Source: Eledone cirrhosa
Taxonomy: Eukaryota
Direction: 5' to 3'
NCBI GenBank assembly: GCA_964016885.1
Contig: OZ024741.1
Span: 124,682,001 to 124,746,000, forward strand
DNA: 64,000 nucleotides
Position numbers and translations under genes: made by a program. Below, piece by piece: positions 1-13,078 of the stretch. Positions within the stretch are counted from its first letter, which is position 1, and each line of letters opens with the position of its first letter. Below the pieces are notes generated by a model. The model worked only from the letters and a program-made list of their open reading frames with translations. It made no database searches and was not told the DNA's origin.

Positions 1-1360
1 TATATTACGACAAGAGTCTGCTTCCAACTGGTATTGTAGCTGCAAAATAATGAGATATTAAATCTATATTAGATTCCATGTCTCCAACATAAATTAACTG
101 CAGGAACGTGAAATAAAACGTTTAGAAAGCAACATACACAAAAACAGATATATCTGCAGTCAAATACATAATAAGCACAGATATATCCCGAACAGCAGAC
201 AGACACGTTCAGAACCACACAGTCATTCACAAATACTCAGATAAACACAATCACGAACTCACAGTCATACAAAAAAGAAGCGTAACAGACACTGTATTTG
301 ATGCAGACGGACCAGAAACAATATTAATTGTCAAATACAAGAGTCTGTATAAAATATATAAAAGTTCATCTTTTATGAGCTATTTACACTATCGTAACAA
401 TTTTAATAGTACTTAAATTAAGGATAATAATAATTATTATTTCTACTTTAGGCACAAGGCCGGCAATTTGAAGGGGAGCGGAAAGTCGATGAAATTGATC
501 CCAGTGCCTACTGGTATTTTATTCTATCAACTCCGTAAGGATGAAAGGTAGAGCTTACCTCGGCGGGATTTGAACTCAGAACGTAAATGGCTTTAACTCT
601 ATGCTGTAAAGCATGTTGTTCGCCGTTCTAACAATACTGCCAATCCACTTAATAATGATTTCTAGTATAGGTACAAGGCCAGTAATTTGGGCGTGAGCGA
701 CATATATCGACCTCCGAAGGATGAAAGGCAACGTTGACCGCGGTGGACTTCCTACTTCCAGTGCTCATATCAAAACAACGTCAAATTTACCTTTCATCCG
801 TTCAGGGAGTCAATCAAATAAAGTACCAGTAATGCTCTGGGATCAATTTAATCGACGTTTGTAATAGAAAAATAATCACCAATATAGCAAATGCAAGAAA
901 AAATACAGTTACATGGGCAGTTCCACAGATATACCAAGGATGTGATAAATGTCGAACCAGAGTCACAAAGAAGGAACTGAAGAGGTTTTTGGTTGTTTCT
1001 CATAATAAAATACTCAGTAATAATTCCCAGTTGATATTTATTACACAGATTCACTAACTAATTATAGGATATATTAAATTGCTTCCTCTATAAAATATAT
1101 ATGCAACATGATAATTTCTGGTTCAATTTTTACTGGCTGGTATGTAAAACAATCGGATATAAAACACTAGTGGTACAATCATATACCAGAAAAAACTTTG
1201 TGTATATCGCTATGTCGGAGCACCAGTATAAATTTAATAAATCATTTGAATTGAAATTTCTAAGAAACTTTAATATCCTGGCTGTTAGAATAATTGAATG
1301 TCATAAAGCAAATAACATTATTCATAGTGAATATTTCATAACAGAAGTTAAAATTCCTTC
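1..1360 (+). repeat. Copy 1 of a near-identical direct duplication (partner 4126-5486)
   Basis: Matches 4126-5486 apart from about 5 differences seen by eye; ORFs 848..1054 and 4973..5179 are identical; the left boundary lies outside the window. Confidence 0.95.
440..650 (-). mobile_element. tRNA-derived SINE (further fragments to ~860; duplicated at 4565-4985)
   Basis: Reverse complement has a box-B-like gagttcaaatcccgcc followed by the ctttcatcc...gtaccag-type body also seen at 6385-6905. Confidence 0.7.
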
Positions 1361-1410
1361 TGAATTAATTTTCCGTATCAATTTTTACTTTTACTTCATA
1401 CACACACAGA

Positions 1411-1530
1411 ATTAGCCGTCGAAACGGCTTGAGCTCAGCCGTCGGGGTCCTACTCGTTCCTATTACCCACTCTACTACCTTAAGTATTGAGTACTTTGGT
1501 GCGTTATGGTCCAACTGGTTCCTTACCAGA
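1411..1530 (+). mobile_element. PLE-like terminal fragment with the 3' half of a hammerhead (family also at 3403-3550 and 23341-23538)
   Basis: GAAAC-GGCT-tgagctc-AGCC-GTC stem III; shares the ttgagtac...ggtcca end with the other two copies; abuts (TA)n. Confidence 0.55.
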
Positions 1531-1778
1531 TTTCTTCCGTTATATATATATATATATATATATTCGAAATCCCAGAAATCTATTGAAAATCTTATGGATT
1601 ATTTTGGATTCATGTCCACTCGTGTTTAACCTGTTTGTAAGAATAGATGTGTTATTGTAGCAATATGATTATGTCACATTAATTGAACTATTTGTGTTCG
1701 CTCTGGGTAGAAATATAACAATTCCTCACTCAATGAATGCGTCGTGACTGCCTCTTACAATTCGATAGACATTTGCTG

Positions 1779-1871
<93 letters not shown>

Positions 1872-1881
1872 ATATATATAT

Positions 1882-2211
1882 AAGCAAACGGGATATTTAA
1901 TTTGTTGGTAATTTAACAAATATAAATGTTTATAACTGCACTCGACAAGTTTTCTGGAGTATAATATTCAATGATATTTCTATCCAGGAAACAATGAACC
2001 GTTAAGAACTTGTTCCTGGTTATGTCAATATTTATAAAACAAACTTTGTATTTCATCTGAAACTATATTTATAAAACCATATTTATTCTATTATATATAT
2101 TTTTTAAGGGCACCAAAACTTTGGTACGCTTTCATCAGATAAAATACAAACTTTGTATTATAAATGTTGACATAACCGAGAAAAGATACCTTAACGGTTC
2201 AAGTTTTCCTT

Positions 2212-2215
<4 letters not shown>
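1882..2215 (-). mobile_element. (TA)n-inserted PLE-like relic with internal inverted repeat and a mutated hammerhead (2085-2145)
   Basis: Minus strand reads attttat CTGATGA [stem II aagcgtaccaaa/tttggtgccctt] AAAA tatatata atagaat, i.e. GAAA lost; inverted repeat 1981-2060/2135-2215; homologous to 12661-13080. Confidence 0.65.
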
Positions 2216-2256
<41 letters not shown>

Positions 2257-2385
2257 TGTATGTATAGTATATTATATTTGGCAATATACCGTATGTTTGG
2301 AATTCGAGCTTTGATACCAACATCAGTACTTCACTGAACCACCAACACCATATATACATACACATATATATATAAATATATATGT

Positions 2386-2938
2386 TAGGATTGGTGCTTT
2401 GAAATAACCACGTATACCTGAATGTATGTATAGTATATTTGGCAACATACCGTATGTTTAATTAAAAACATTTTGAAGACCTTGTGCTATCATTTTTAGA
2501 GTAGTGACTATGTCAATTTGTTCTTTTTTCGGCAAAGAAAGGGAGAGAAGCTGACAGATTCTATTTCACACTGTTGGTGATACTCAGAGCAACGCACTCG
2601 CTATTTCAGAGAACCAATCCTAATCTTTAATGTTTGCTGGACTGACAATCTCTCTGTATAATCAGTTCCTACTTATTACAGGAATTATATAAGAATCCAG
2701 CTTTTATAATCTTCGGCTTAGGCGGAGAATACGTTGCTCTGAGTATCACCAACAATGTGAAACAGAATCTGTCAGCTACTCTCGCCTTCCTTTGCCGAAA
2801 AAAGAAGTAAGTGACATAGTCACTACTTCAAAAATGATAGCGCAAGCTCTTCAAAATGTTTTTAATTAAACATACGGTATGTTGCCAAATATACTATACA
2901 TACATTCAGGTATACATCGCTATTTCAGAGCACCAATC

Positions 2939-2942
<4 letters not shown>
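2386..2942. mobile_element. Foldback element between (TA)n tracts with a hammerhead-like motif in each arm
   Basis: Arms ~2386-2600 and ~2725-2942 are reverse complements; gct CTGAGTA tcac.. GAAAC agaatct GTC agc at 2736-2776; an outer inverted repeat lies at ~2295-2360/2990-3053. Confidence 0.75.
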
Positions 2943-2997
<55 letters not shown>

Positions 2998-3060
2998 GGT
3001 GTTGGTGGTTCAGTGAAGTACTGATGTTGGTATCAAAGCCATAATTCCAAACAGAGGCAG

Positions 3061-3242
3061 AGCGTATATATTAGAGATAACGAGGAAGTTTCGGTTACAT
3101 GTATATGATATTTATTGCGTATCGGCCTTTTGCCTATGGGTGTCCTTGAGCCAATCCTTTGTGAAACGCATGTGACAGGTCGATGCACAATAGATATCAT
3201 ATACATATAAACGAAACTTCCTTAGCGTGAACCTAATATAAC
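3061..3242. repeat. Imperfect foldback element
   Basis: aggaagtttcgg...tatcggcct is inverted relative to aggtcgatgc...cgaaacttcct. Confidence 0.55.
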
Positions 3243-3339
3243 TGTGTTCAATTGCTTCCTGTGGTTTGTTCTTTCATTTTCAACTTTATATATACTCATA
3301 TATTATATATATATGTATATATTATTTATACACACGCAG

Positions 3340-3405
<66 letters not shown>

Positions 3406-3553
3406 AACGAGGTGTGGTAAGGAACCAGGTGGACCATAACGCACCAGAGTACTCGATACTTAGGGTAGTAGAGTGGGTAATAGGAAAATAGTCTGACCTA
3501 GCTGTGAAACGGCTGGTGCTTAGCCGTTGGGATCCTGAATTTTTCCTATATAC

Positions 3554-3633
<80 letters not shown>

Positions 3634-3680
3634 GAAAATATTTTTGGCTTGTATTGGCCGATAGTGCTTCTTATAGATTT

Positions 3681-3726
3681 AATTGCCCTGATGAGTCCTC
3701 AATAGGACGAAACATTGTTGGCTAAT
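3681..3726 (+). ncRNA. Minimal type-I hammerhead ribozyme
   Basis: attgcc CTGATGA gtcct-caat-aggac GAAAC att GTT ggctaat; stems I and II pair; cleavage triplet GUU. Confidence 0.8.
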
Positions 3727-3871
3727 AAAGACTCTTGATGTATTGAAGGCTTCTTTGTTTTATTTTCATAATTCTTCGGCTCTGTTTAATTACATTGAGC
3801 TATACCTTTACTGTCATTTCTATAATACGAAGAGGGTGTTTAACTCCAACACACTCTAGTATTTTAATTCT

Positions 3872-3954
<83 letters not shown>

Positions 3955-4125
3955 AGTATATATAAAGTAATAAATAGATAAATGTATTCACTCTAAATGT
4001 TTTTATGTGTGCGGAGGAAGTGCGATCATATTTTTTGTAAGAGGATTTATTTGTATTTAGTTCAGAAAATATTAATTTCCACCAGTTTCTGACTTGTTTC
4101 ACATCTAATTTATCGCCATCATAAC

Positions 4126-5486
4126 TATATTACGACAAGAGTCTGCTTCCAACTGGTATTGTAGCTGCAAAATAATGAGATATTAAATCTATATTAGATT
4201 CCATGTCTCCAACATAAATTAACTGCAGGAACGTGAAATAAAACGTTTAGAAAGCAACATACACAAAAACAGATATATCTACAGTCAAATACATAATAAG
4301 CACAGATATATCCCGAACAGCAGACAGACACGTTCAGAACCACACAGTCATTCACAAATACTCAGATAAACACAATCACGAACTCACAGTCATACAAAAA
4401 AGAAGCGTAACAGACACTGTATTTGATGCAGACGGACCAGAAACAATATTAATTGTCAAATACAAGAGTCTGTATAAAATATATAAAAGTTCATCTTTTA
4501 TGAGCTATTTACACTATCGTAACAATTTTAATAGTACTTAAATTATGGATAATAATAATTATTATTTCTACTTTAGGCACAAGGCCGGCAATTTGAAGGG
4601 GAGCGGAAAGTCGATGAAATTGATCCCAGTGCCTACTGGTACTTTATTCTATCAACTCCGTAAGGATGAAAGGCAGAGCTTACCTCGGCGGGATTTGAAC
4701 TCAGAACGTAAATGGCTTTAACTCTATGCTGTAAAGCATGTTGTTCGCCGTTCTAACAATACTGCCAATCCACTTAATAATGATTTCTAGTATAGGTACA
4801 AGGCCAGTAATTTGGGCGTGAGCGACATATATCGACCTCCGAAGGATGAAAGGCAACGTTGACCGCGGTGGACTTCCTACTTCCAGTGCTCATATCAAAA
4901 CAACGTCAAATTTACCTTTCATCCGTTCAGGGAGTCAATCAAATAAAGTACCAGTAATGCTCTGGGATCAATTTAATCGACGTTTGTAATAGAAAAATAA
5001 TCACCAATATAGCAAATGCAAGAAAAAATACAGTTACATGGGCAGTTCCACAGATATACCAAGGATGTGATAAATGTCGAACCAGAGTCACAAAGAAGGA
5101 ACTGAAGAGGTTTTTGGTTGTTTCTCATAATAAAATACTCAGTAATAATTCCCAGTTGATATTTATTACACAGATTCACTAACTAATTATAGGATATATT
5201 AAATTGCTTCCTCTATAAAAAATATATGCAACATGATAATTTCTGGTTCAATTTTTACTGGCTGGTATGTAAAACAATCGGATATAAAACACTAGTGGTA
5301 CAATCATATACCAGAAAAAACTTTGTGTATATCGCTATGTCGGAGCACCAGTATAAATTTAATAAATCATTTGAATTGAAATTTCTAAGAAACTTTAATA
5401 TCCTGGCTGTTAGAATAATTGAATGTCATAAAGCAAATAACATTATTCATAGTGAATATTTCATAACAGAAGTTAAAATTCCTTCC
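4126..5486 (+). repeat. Copy 2 of the direct duplication
   Basis: Offset 4125 from copy 1; homology ends at aaattccttc. Confidence 0.95.
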
Positions 5487-5959
5487 AGGAAAACATTGCA
5501 AACTTAGCAGTAGAAAATATCTAATTAAAATAAGAATATTGATGTGAAATATATGCTTATTTTGAAATTTTAATACAACCGAAAAATATGTCACACTTTG
5601 CAAAATGCTTATATTAGAATGTGCCTCCATTAGTATCTACGATGATTGTATCAATTCTTATGTCAATAGAAAATTCTGCTAATGAAGTTAAAGTGTGCAT
5701 AGCTGAATATTGCACAGATACCTGTATAATTAATGCAATGCTGAGAGAGATTAAGCGTGTTTAAATATTGGACAAATCTGGCGGCTTCCATCTACGCAGG
5801 TTTACTCACAAGGAATATGTTGACTTGAGGCTACGGTAAATGACATTTGTCCAATGTGCTATGTTATGGGACCAAACCCGGGACCTAATGATTTGGCCAT
5901 GCTGCACCCACAATAATATTGGAGGTTAAGCTAATTTTGCATTTTCAACAGAGTATATC

Positions 5960-6200
5960 CATAAGTACAGTGAGAATAGCTGGACAGACTTCATGTGCAA
6001 AATCAACCGACAGGAGACCCAGAAGTAGAGACAGAGAATGATGGTGGATTACATCCAAGAGAGCGCGGCTGGTCTCTCTCGGGGATTCAGTCGGATCAAT
6101 CGGACAGGCTTGCTTCTGACTGTACCGGCTGGAAAGAGTGTTTGAGGATTCTGACCCCATAATCTTGCCAAGAAGAAGAAGAAGAAGAAGAAGAAGAAGA
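5960..6200 (+). mobile_element. 3' end of an RTE-clade LINE with (GAA)n tail
   Basis: Homologous to 24940-25155 and 36640-36915; ends in a gaagaa repeat. Confidence 0.7.
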
Positions 6201-6384
6201 TATAATGTCTGGAACCGAGGTTTGATTCGATAATTCATGTATATATGGTTCAGGTGATCACAATAAATCATTTTCTTTCTTATCTATGCATAGGAGAGTA
6301 ATAAACTGTGGGGTGATATGTCAGTGTGATTTGAATGCAGTATCACGTAGTGTAACAAAGCGAGTTGCTCTATCACATTTCTGA

Positions 6385-6905
6385 TTAGTATCGGTAGAGG
6401 GTCGGACGCCATGCTTTGACGCATAGAGTTACGGCCCTTGCCATTCTGAGTTCAAATCCCACCGAGGTTAACTTTGCCTTTCATCCTTACGGGGTCGATA
6501 AAATAATGTACCAGTAATGTACTGGGTAATTGTTGGCCTTGTGCCAAATGTAGAAACAATTATATTTATTGGCAGTGGATTAGCAGTATCGGTAGAGGGT
6601 CGGACGCCTTGCTTTGCAGCAAAGAGTTACAGCCCTTTTTGGTCTGAGTTCAAATCCCACCGAGGTTAACTTTGCCTTTCATCCTTACGGGGTCGATAAA
6701 ATAAAGTACCAGTAATGCACTGAGTAATTGCTGGCAGTATCAGTAGAGGGTAGGAAATGCTTTCCAGGATAGTTACGTCCCTTTACGATCTGAGTTCAAA
6801 TCCCGCCGAGGGATTTGCCTTTCATCATTACGGGGTCGTTAAAATAATGTACCAGCAATGTACTGGGTAATTGTAGGCCTTGTACCAAAAGTAGAAACAA
6901 TTAGA
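6385..6905 (+). mobile_element. Three tandem tRNA-derived SINE copies
   Basis: Three units of gtatcggtagaggg...ctgagttcaaatccc(a/g)ccgagg...gcctttcatc...ggggtcg...gtaccag. Confidence 0.85.
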
Positions 6906-7862
6906 TTTGTATGAGTGAGACTTTAAGCCATTGTTTCAGGCTGTTGTTTAAAATTATCCCGTAGACTCATGATTCCGAAGACTAATGATCGATCTCTATC
7001 AAGCCATGAGCATTCCATAATTTTAGGGATATATGGAAGTGCATTACCCATGCTCATTTGGTGGGATATGATTTTTACGGTGAATATTCAACTATGTTTA
7101 ACGGAGAGACAAACTGTTCAAAGACTCCGCTTTTTGATCAAACGTTTTTGAATACAAAGGGGTCAAACATAATATGAAATGATTTTCGAATGGAATTGAA
7201 ACTGGGTGACGTTCTGTCTTTTTGGAAGCTCCTAATCTATTGTATAACTGCTATAAATTTACCTGGATTTAGTATTAAAAAAAAAAAATGAATCATTTCT
7301 TTTTTCTTAAAATTCTGATAAAACTTGAAAGAAACTATTTCGAATGTTCAAAGTTTAAATCTATATCGAAAATTCCTTCCGAACTTTCTACAAAAAATGA
7401 AATAAATCAAACATCTTATATGTTTCTTCGGAATATTCAAATCAACTTCGATTTTCCATAGCGAAACTTTCAGTGAAAAATTTACTGTAAAATTTTAATC
7501 AATATACTTTATGGAAAGGATTTTAAAGTGGACGACGAAATTAAATAATAAATTCTCTGCTTTACATTTGGTTACATCATCTCAAAATATAAAGATTTTT
7601 AAGAACATGAAGAAATATATGTGCTGAAATCTAGATGAAAAAACTACACACATTAAATATATATATCTGTGTGTGTCTGTATGTGTGTCTGTGCCTGTGT
7701 GTGTGCGTGTGTGTGTGTGTGTAAGTAAGCATACATGTATGTATGTGTGTGTGAGTATAAAAAAAACATATTTTGAGCAACTTTAGTGCAACTAAGATCG
7801 AATCCATAAGCATATTAAAAATCAATGACTTTGCTGACGCAAAATTCGTGGAGTATTCTAAA

Positions 7863-7894
<32 letters not shown>

Positions 7895-7926
7895 ACATAC
7901 ATATATATATATATACATACATACAC

Positions 7927-7972
<46 letters not shown>

Positions 7973-7975
7973 ATG

Positions 7976-8023
<48 letters not shown>

Positions 8024-8099
8024 CATACATATATATATATATATATTACTCAGCTGCAGAAATGAGATGGTAGGGACTGGGGTCCCTATCATTCCACTG

Positions 8100-8265
8100 C
8101 AAAGTGGTCGTGGAGGTGCCACGGAAAAAAAGCACCCACCACTCACTGTAAATGAGGTTGGTGTTAGGAAGGGCATCCAGCTGTATAAATCAAGCCAGAC
8201 TCAGTTCCTGTCCCACCCTTGCAAGCAGGGAAAAGCGGGCGTAAAATGATGATGATGATGTTGAT
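8100..8265 (+). mobile_element. SINE-like 3' end with (GAT)n tail
   Basis: gttggtgttaggaagggcatccagctgt body followed by tgatgatgatg. Confidence 0.55.
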
Positions 8266-8414
8266 GATATATATATATATTGATCACTACCTGACATTTT
8301 CAACTTAATCTCTGAATTCTACTACAGTAATATCTTCTCCTCTGCGCTTGGCACACTATTGTTAAGTATTACCGGGTTATCTACAAACTTCTTTGACACT
8401 TATACTCCTATACA

Positions 8415-8529
8415 GACTCACATACACATACACACTCCTATATAGATAGCATGCATACATAGACAGATACTCATACAAAGACACACATGCATATATACAC
8501 ACTCGCTCATACATAGACACGCACATCCA

Positions 8530-8602
<73 letters not shown>

Positions 8603-9154
8603 CAACACTTGCACAGAGAAACTCGTACAAAGCATCGTACACATACGCACACACAAAAACTCGTTTATAAACATACAACTGCACTCTCCAACAATGGACA
8701 CCAAACGAAAAACATACATAAACGATATAAAGTTGCATAGACACGCTGCTGAGAGCACACGCATTGAAACACACGTTTATAACAGCCATACATAGCCCGA
8801 ACATCGCTCAAACATGCATTGATAATATACTAGACATACAAATATTATCATGAACAAATTATACTCCACTCCAACACACATACACGTAGAAAAAAACAGC
8901 ATATCCACATACTGCACCTCATCCACACAACAATACCAGAACAAATAATTGACCCTAGCGATCCACCACTAACTCAGTAAACATCCCCACACGCACGACT
9001 GCGCGTAATTCTCTATCCTGCCACCTCATCCACTCTGCCCACCTTGATAATGTCCACTTTCTGCTAATATTAAGCTTTTCTGGGACGCGTGTGTGTGTGC
9101 GTATGCATACTTAGCTACTAAACCTGACATCTTCACACATACATACATAGAAAT

Positions 9155-9192
<38 letters not shown>

Positions 9193-9240
9193 ATGTATAC
9201 ATATATGCTTTGTACGAGTTCCTATGAGCAAGTGTTGCTC

Positions 9241-9298
<58 letters not shown>

Positions 9299-9402
9299 TG
9301 GATGTGCGTGTCTATGTATGAGTGAGTGTGTACATATGCATGTGTGTCTTTGTATGAGTATGTGTCTATGTATGCATGCTATCTATATAGGAGTGTATGT
9401 AT
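8415..9402. repeat. Inverted repeat pair (8415-8633 / 9208-9402) containing (CA)n/(TG)n
   Basis: The unique flanks of the two microsatellites are reverse complements. Confidence 0.75.
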
Positions 9403-10638
9403 ATATATATATATATATAGTCGTATAACACTGGAAGGTAATATCCGTAGTGGTAGAGCACTCAGTCCATGGGACGAGTTAGTTAGAAGTGGTTACACAA
9501 CATTTAGATCACCATACCGAGAACAATTGTCGTTAAGTTTCGGATACTATATTTCATTAGAAGATAGAAAGAGACAAAAAATTGAAACGGGAAGAGAATG
9601 AGAGCGAGACGAGTAAAGGAAAAGAAAAAAATTGAGATAAAGCACGTGTGTATATGTTTGTATGTGTATATATTTGTACGTAAATGAATGAATGTATGAT
9701 TAGAGACATAGAAAAATAAACAGAGAACTGTAGAACGAGAAAGAAATAGGGGAAGTCGTAATGCAAACTGTATTTTAATAAACAAAGTATATGAAATTAA
9801 ATCATAACGGTTGAATAAAAATATAAAAGTTTTAGTCTCTGATGTTGCACGTCGGTCCATTTACTTTAGTCACTTCTTACGCCTTTTACAATAAAAGAAT
9901 TATTTGATATAATTACAGAGGGGGTCATTAAATTACGTTTAAGACGTAATGTATATTTAGACTGTAATATACATTCTGAGTATTATTTTTTTCCTTGATT
10001 ATGTCCAAATTACAATGTCTAAATACCAAAGTACTTTTAAGATACAACAATAACAGCAGCAGCAACATTAGCAGCAACAACAACAACAACAAAAAAAAAA
10101 CAACAGCAATAATGGTTTCATTTCATTTATTGGTCGACATATAGGGAACAAGGACAGTGGAGGTTTTACACAAATATATGGTTAATTATTTATGTTTGTT
10201 TGATAACGTCTATTTGAGTGCTTTTATTCGGAATGTTGAGCGGAATTATTTATTAACACTTTCAATTTACCCGCCAAAAACCGGGTGAAACCACCCTTGT
10301 TGGAAATAACACTTGACAACGAAATGACTGAAGGCTGTCTATTGCTATTGTAGCAGTCGCATTGAGTTGCAGTTCACACCGGTTTGAGGCATAGAACGAA
10401 ATTCCTGTCGATGACGTGAATCCCATGTTCGATCATAGAATACCACAAGCTTACGTATTACGTAAGTTGGATTGATGATTTCGTATTCATAGAAACATAT
10501 CTGACGTATTGCAGAATATCGTTCGATTTGTGCAGGTCTGTTGTCTAACCTGATTAGGTTTTTTTCGTTGTTTTGGTATTGTATGGGTGGGTTTTGCCTG
10601 CCGCAATTTCCAATTTGTCAAGCTATCTAAACGTATGT

Positions 10639-10746
10639 TATTACTCTGAGGGCCTACCTTATTGAGTGCTTTGCTACTCATTCCTAATTGTAGGTCAATA
10701 TTGCTTGGCCGCAGCGAAAGCGTCGATTTTACTAACCAACCATCCA

Positions 10747-10798
<52 letters not shown>

Positions 10799-10902
10799 TG
10801 GATGGTTAGTAAAATCGACGCTTTCGCTGCGGCCAAGCAATATCGACCTACAATTAGGAATGAGTAGCAAAGCACTCAATAAGGTAGGCCCTCAGAGTAA
10901 TA
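10639..10902. repeat. Foldback with ~110-bp arms centred on a (TA)n run
   Basis: tattactctgagggcctacc...catccactta (TA)n taagtggatg...ggccctcagagtaata. Confidence 0.9.
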
Positions 10903-10938
10903 TACATACATGTGCATGTATGTATATATATATACATA

Positions 10939-10980
<42 letters not shown>

Positions 10981-10984
<4 letters not shown>

Positions 10985-11905
10985 TATGTACACGTACATA
11001 CATATATGTATACAGACGTACAGTAGTATGTATATATATATACATGCATGCACACATGTGTATATGTACGTATGGATTCACCGAACATTTATTATAATGC
11101 TCGGTGTGTTTGTAAACAAACATCCCGTATTAAGCCGTAGTGTCTAGCAACCATCGTTGCTCGTTTGTTCAACACTGACAAAGGAACGGTGTACTAGTTA
11201 GAAGCTTATTAGCTATCGTCAGCAACGTATACCTTCCTGCCAGATTGTTGAACGTATATACTTACCTTATGCATATTAACGGGATATTTGTTTACAAACA
11301 CACCGAGCATTATAATAAATGTTCGGTGAATCTATACGTACATATATATATGTGTGCATGTATGTATATATATATATACATACTACTGTACGTCTGTATA
11401 CATATATGTATGTACGTGTACATATTTATATTTAAGTAACAGCCGTACTAAGAGTGGGAAATGAAATTTCGTTTCATTTTTTCCGTTTATCGTTTTCGGT
11501 GCACCCGGCCGATTAACCCACTCGATATGCAAATTGGGCTACTCAGCCGTTAATATGCAAAAGGTAAGTATATACGTTCAACAATCTGGCAGGAAGGTAT
11601 ACGTTGCTGACGATAGCTAATAAGCTTCTAACTAGTACACCGTTCCTTTGTCAGTGTTGAACAAACGAGCAACGATGGTTGCTAGACACTACGGCTTAAT
11701 ACGGGATGTTTGTTTACAAACACACTGAGCATTATAATAAATGTTCGGCGAATCCATACGTACATATATATATATGTGTGCATGTATGTTTATATATATA
11801 CATACTACTGAACGTCTGTATACATATATGTATGTACGTGTACATACTTATATTTAAGTAACAGCCGTACTAAGAGTGGAAATGAAATTTCGTTTCATTT
11901 TTTCC

Positions 11906-11910
<5 letters not shown>
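10981..11910. mobile_element. Foldback plus direct-repeat element (PLE pLTR-like) with a degenerate hammerhead
   Basis: Arms 10981-11281 and 11548-11850 are inverted; 11279-11489 is directly repeated at 11702-11910; cgttg CTGACGA tagct-aata-agct tCTAAC ta GTA caccg at 11602-11642. Confidence 0.8.
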
Positions 11911-11967
<57 letters not shown>

Positions 11968-12144
11968 AGTCTATCGACGTTCGTCAGATCGGACTAGGAA
12001 ACATTGTTTATGTCGTCAGTCTTTCCAATTCCTTATACTATCTATCGGCTGCAACTCCAGGTTGAAGGAGCAACGTTAAAAGTGTCTTGTTCAATGACAT
12101 AGCGCATCGCCTGGTCCAGGAATCGAACTCAAAAACTCGCCTTC

Positions 12145-12200
<56 letters not shown>

Positions 12201-12286
12201 CTAAGTTATTCCGGGTTGAATCGGAGGTAGCCACAGTAAGTAAGGTACTCAATACATAGCAGGGTGTAAACGTTTTAATATAGACA

Positions 12287-12338
12287 AGATTCTACAGGAC
12301 TAGAACTGTTTCATTCTTTAGAAATCATCAGCAATCTG
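12287..12338 (-). ncRNA. Type-I hammerhead ribozyme
   Basis: Minus strand: agattg CTGATGA tttc-taaa-gaat GAAACAG ttctagtc CTGTA gaatct; cleavage triplet GUA. Confidence 0.7.
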
Positions 12339-12476
12339 GATTTCCAAAATAAATGTTGTGGTATTTATATCTTTTCATGTGGTAGGAGTGGGAGTGGGAT
12401 AGGTGGAGGTCATTGGTTGAAAGAAAATGGAATTCATTAAAAGCTAATTCTTTAAGGCTATAATTTATATTTAGAG

Positions 12477-12528
12477 TGCTATATATATTTCGATGATAGC
12501 CATTGAATGGCTATGACCTCATCAGGCA
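12477..12528 (-). ncRNA. Minimal type-I hammerhead ribozyme
   Basis: Minus strand: tgc CTGATGA ggtcatagccatt-c-aatggctatcatc GAAA tatatATA gca; long stem II and palindromic stem III. Confidence 0.8.
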
Positions 12529-12634
12529 GTTAGTCAGTTCTTAGATATGCCAGCTCTGTGTTTATATGTATATATGTATATATGTATATATGTATATATG
12601 TATATACATATATACATATACATATATATATATA

Positions 12635-12660
<26 letters not shown>

Positions 12661-12666
<6 letters not shown>

Positions 12667-13078
12667 ATAAAATAAATGGAAACTATATTTATAAAACTAT
12701 ATTTATTTCATTATATATATTTCAGGGATATCATATTAACAATATGCTATGCCTTCCTCAGACAAAATACAATATAAACAGTTTTATAGATAAATAGATT
12801 CGACATACCGTAACAACATCGACTTGCATTTGAAGAGGTTGATTTGGCAGTCGAATCTATTTATCTATAAAACTGTTTATATTGTATTTTGTCTGAGGAA
12901 GGCATAGCATATTGTTAATATGATATCCCTGAAATATATATAATGAAATAAATATGGTTTTATAAATATAGTTTCCATTTATTTAATATTGTAAATATAC
13001 TCCAAATATTTGTCGAGTGCTTTTATATCAGTTATAAATATTTACTAGTTGTAACCCAACAATTTTAAATATAACTTT

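Noticed and set aside
6385-6905. Regularly spaced repeats resembling a CRISPR or tRNA array
   Set aside because: The units are whole SINE copies; no unique spacers, no cas genes, no full cloverleaf
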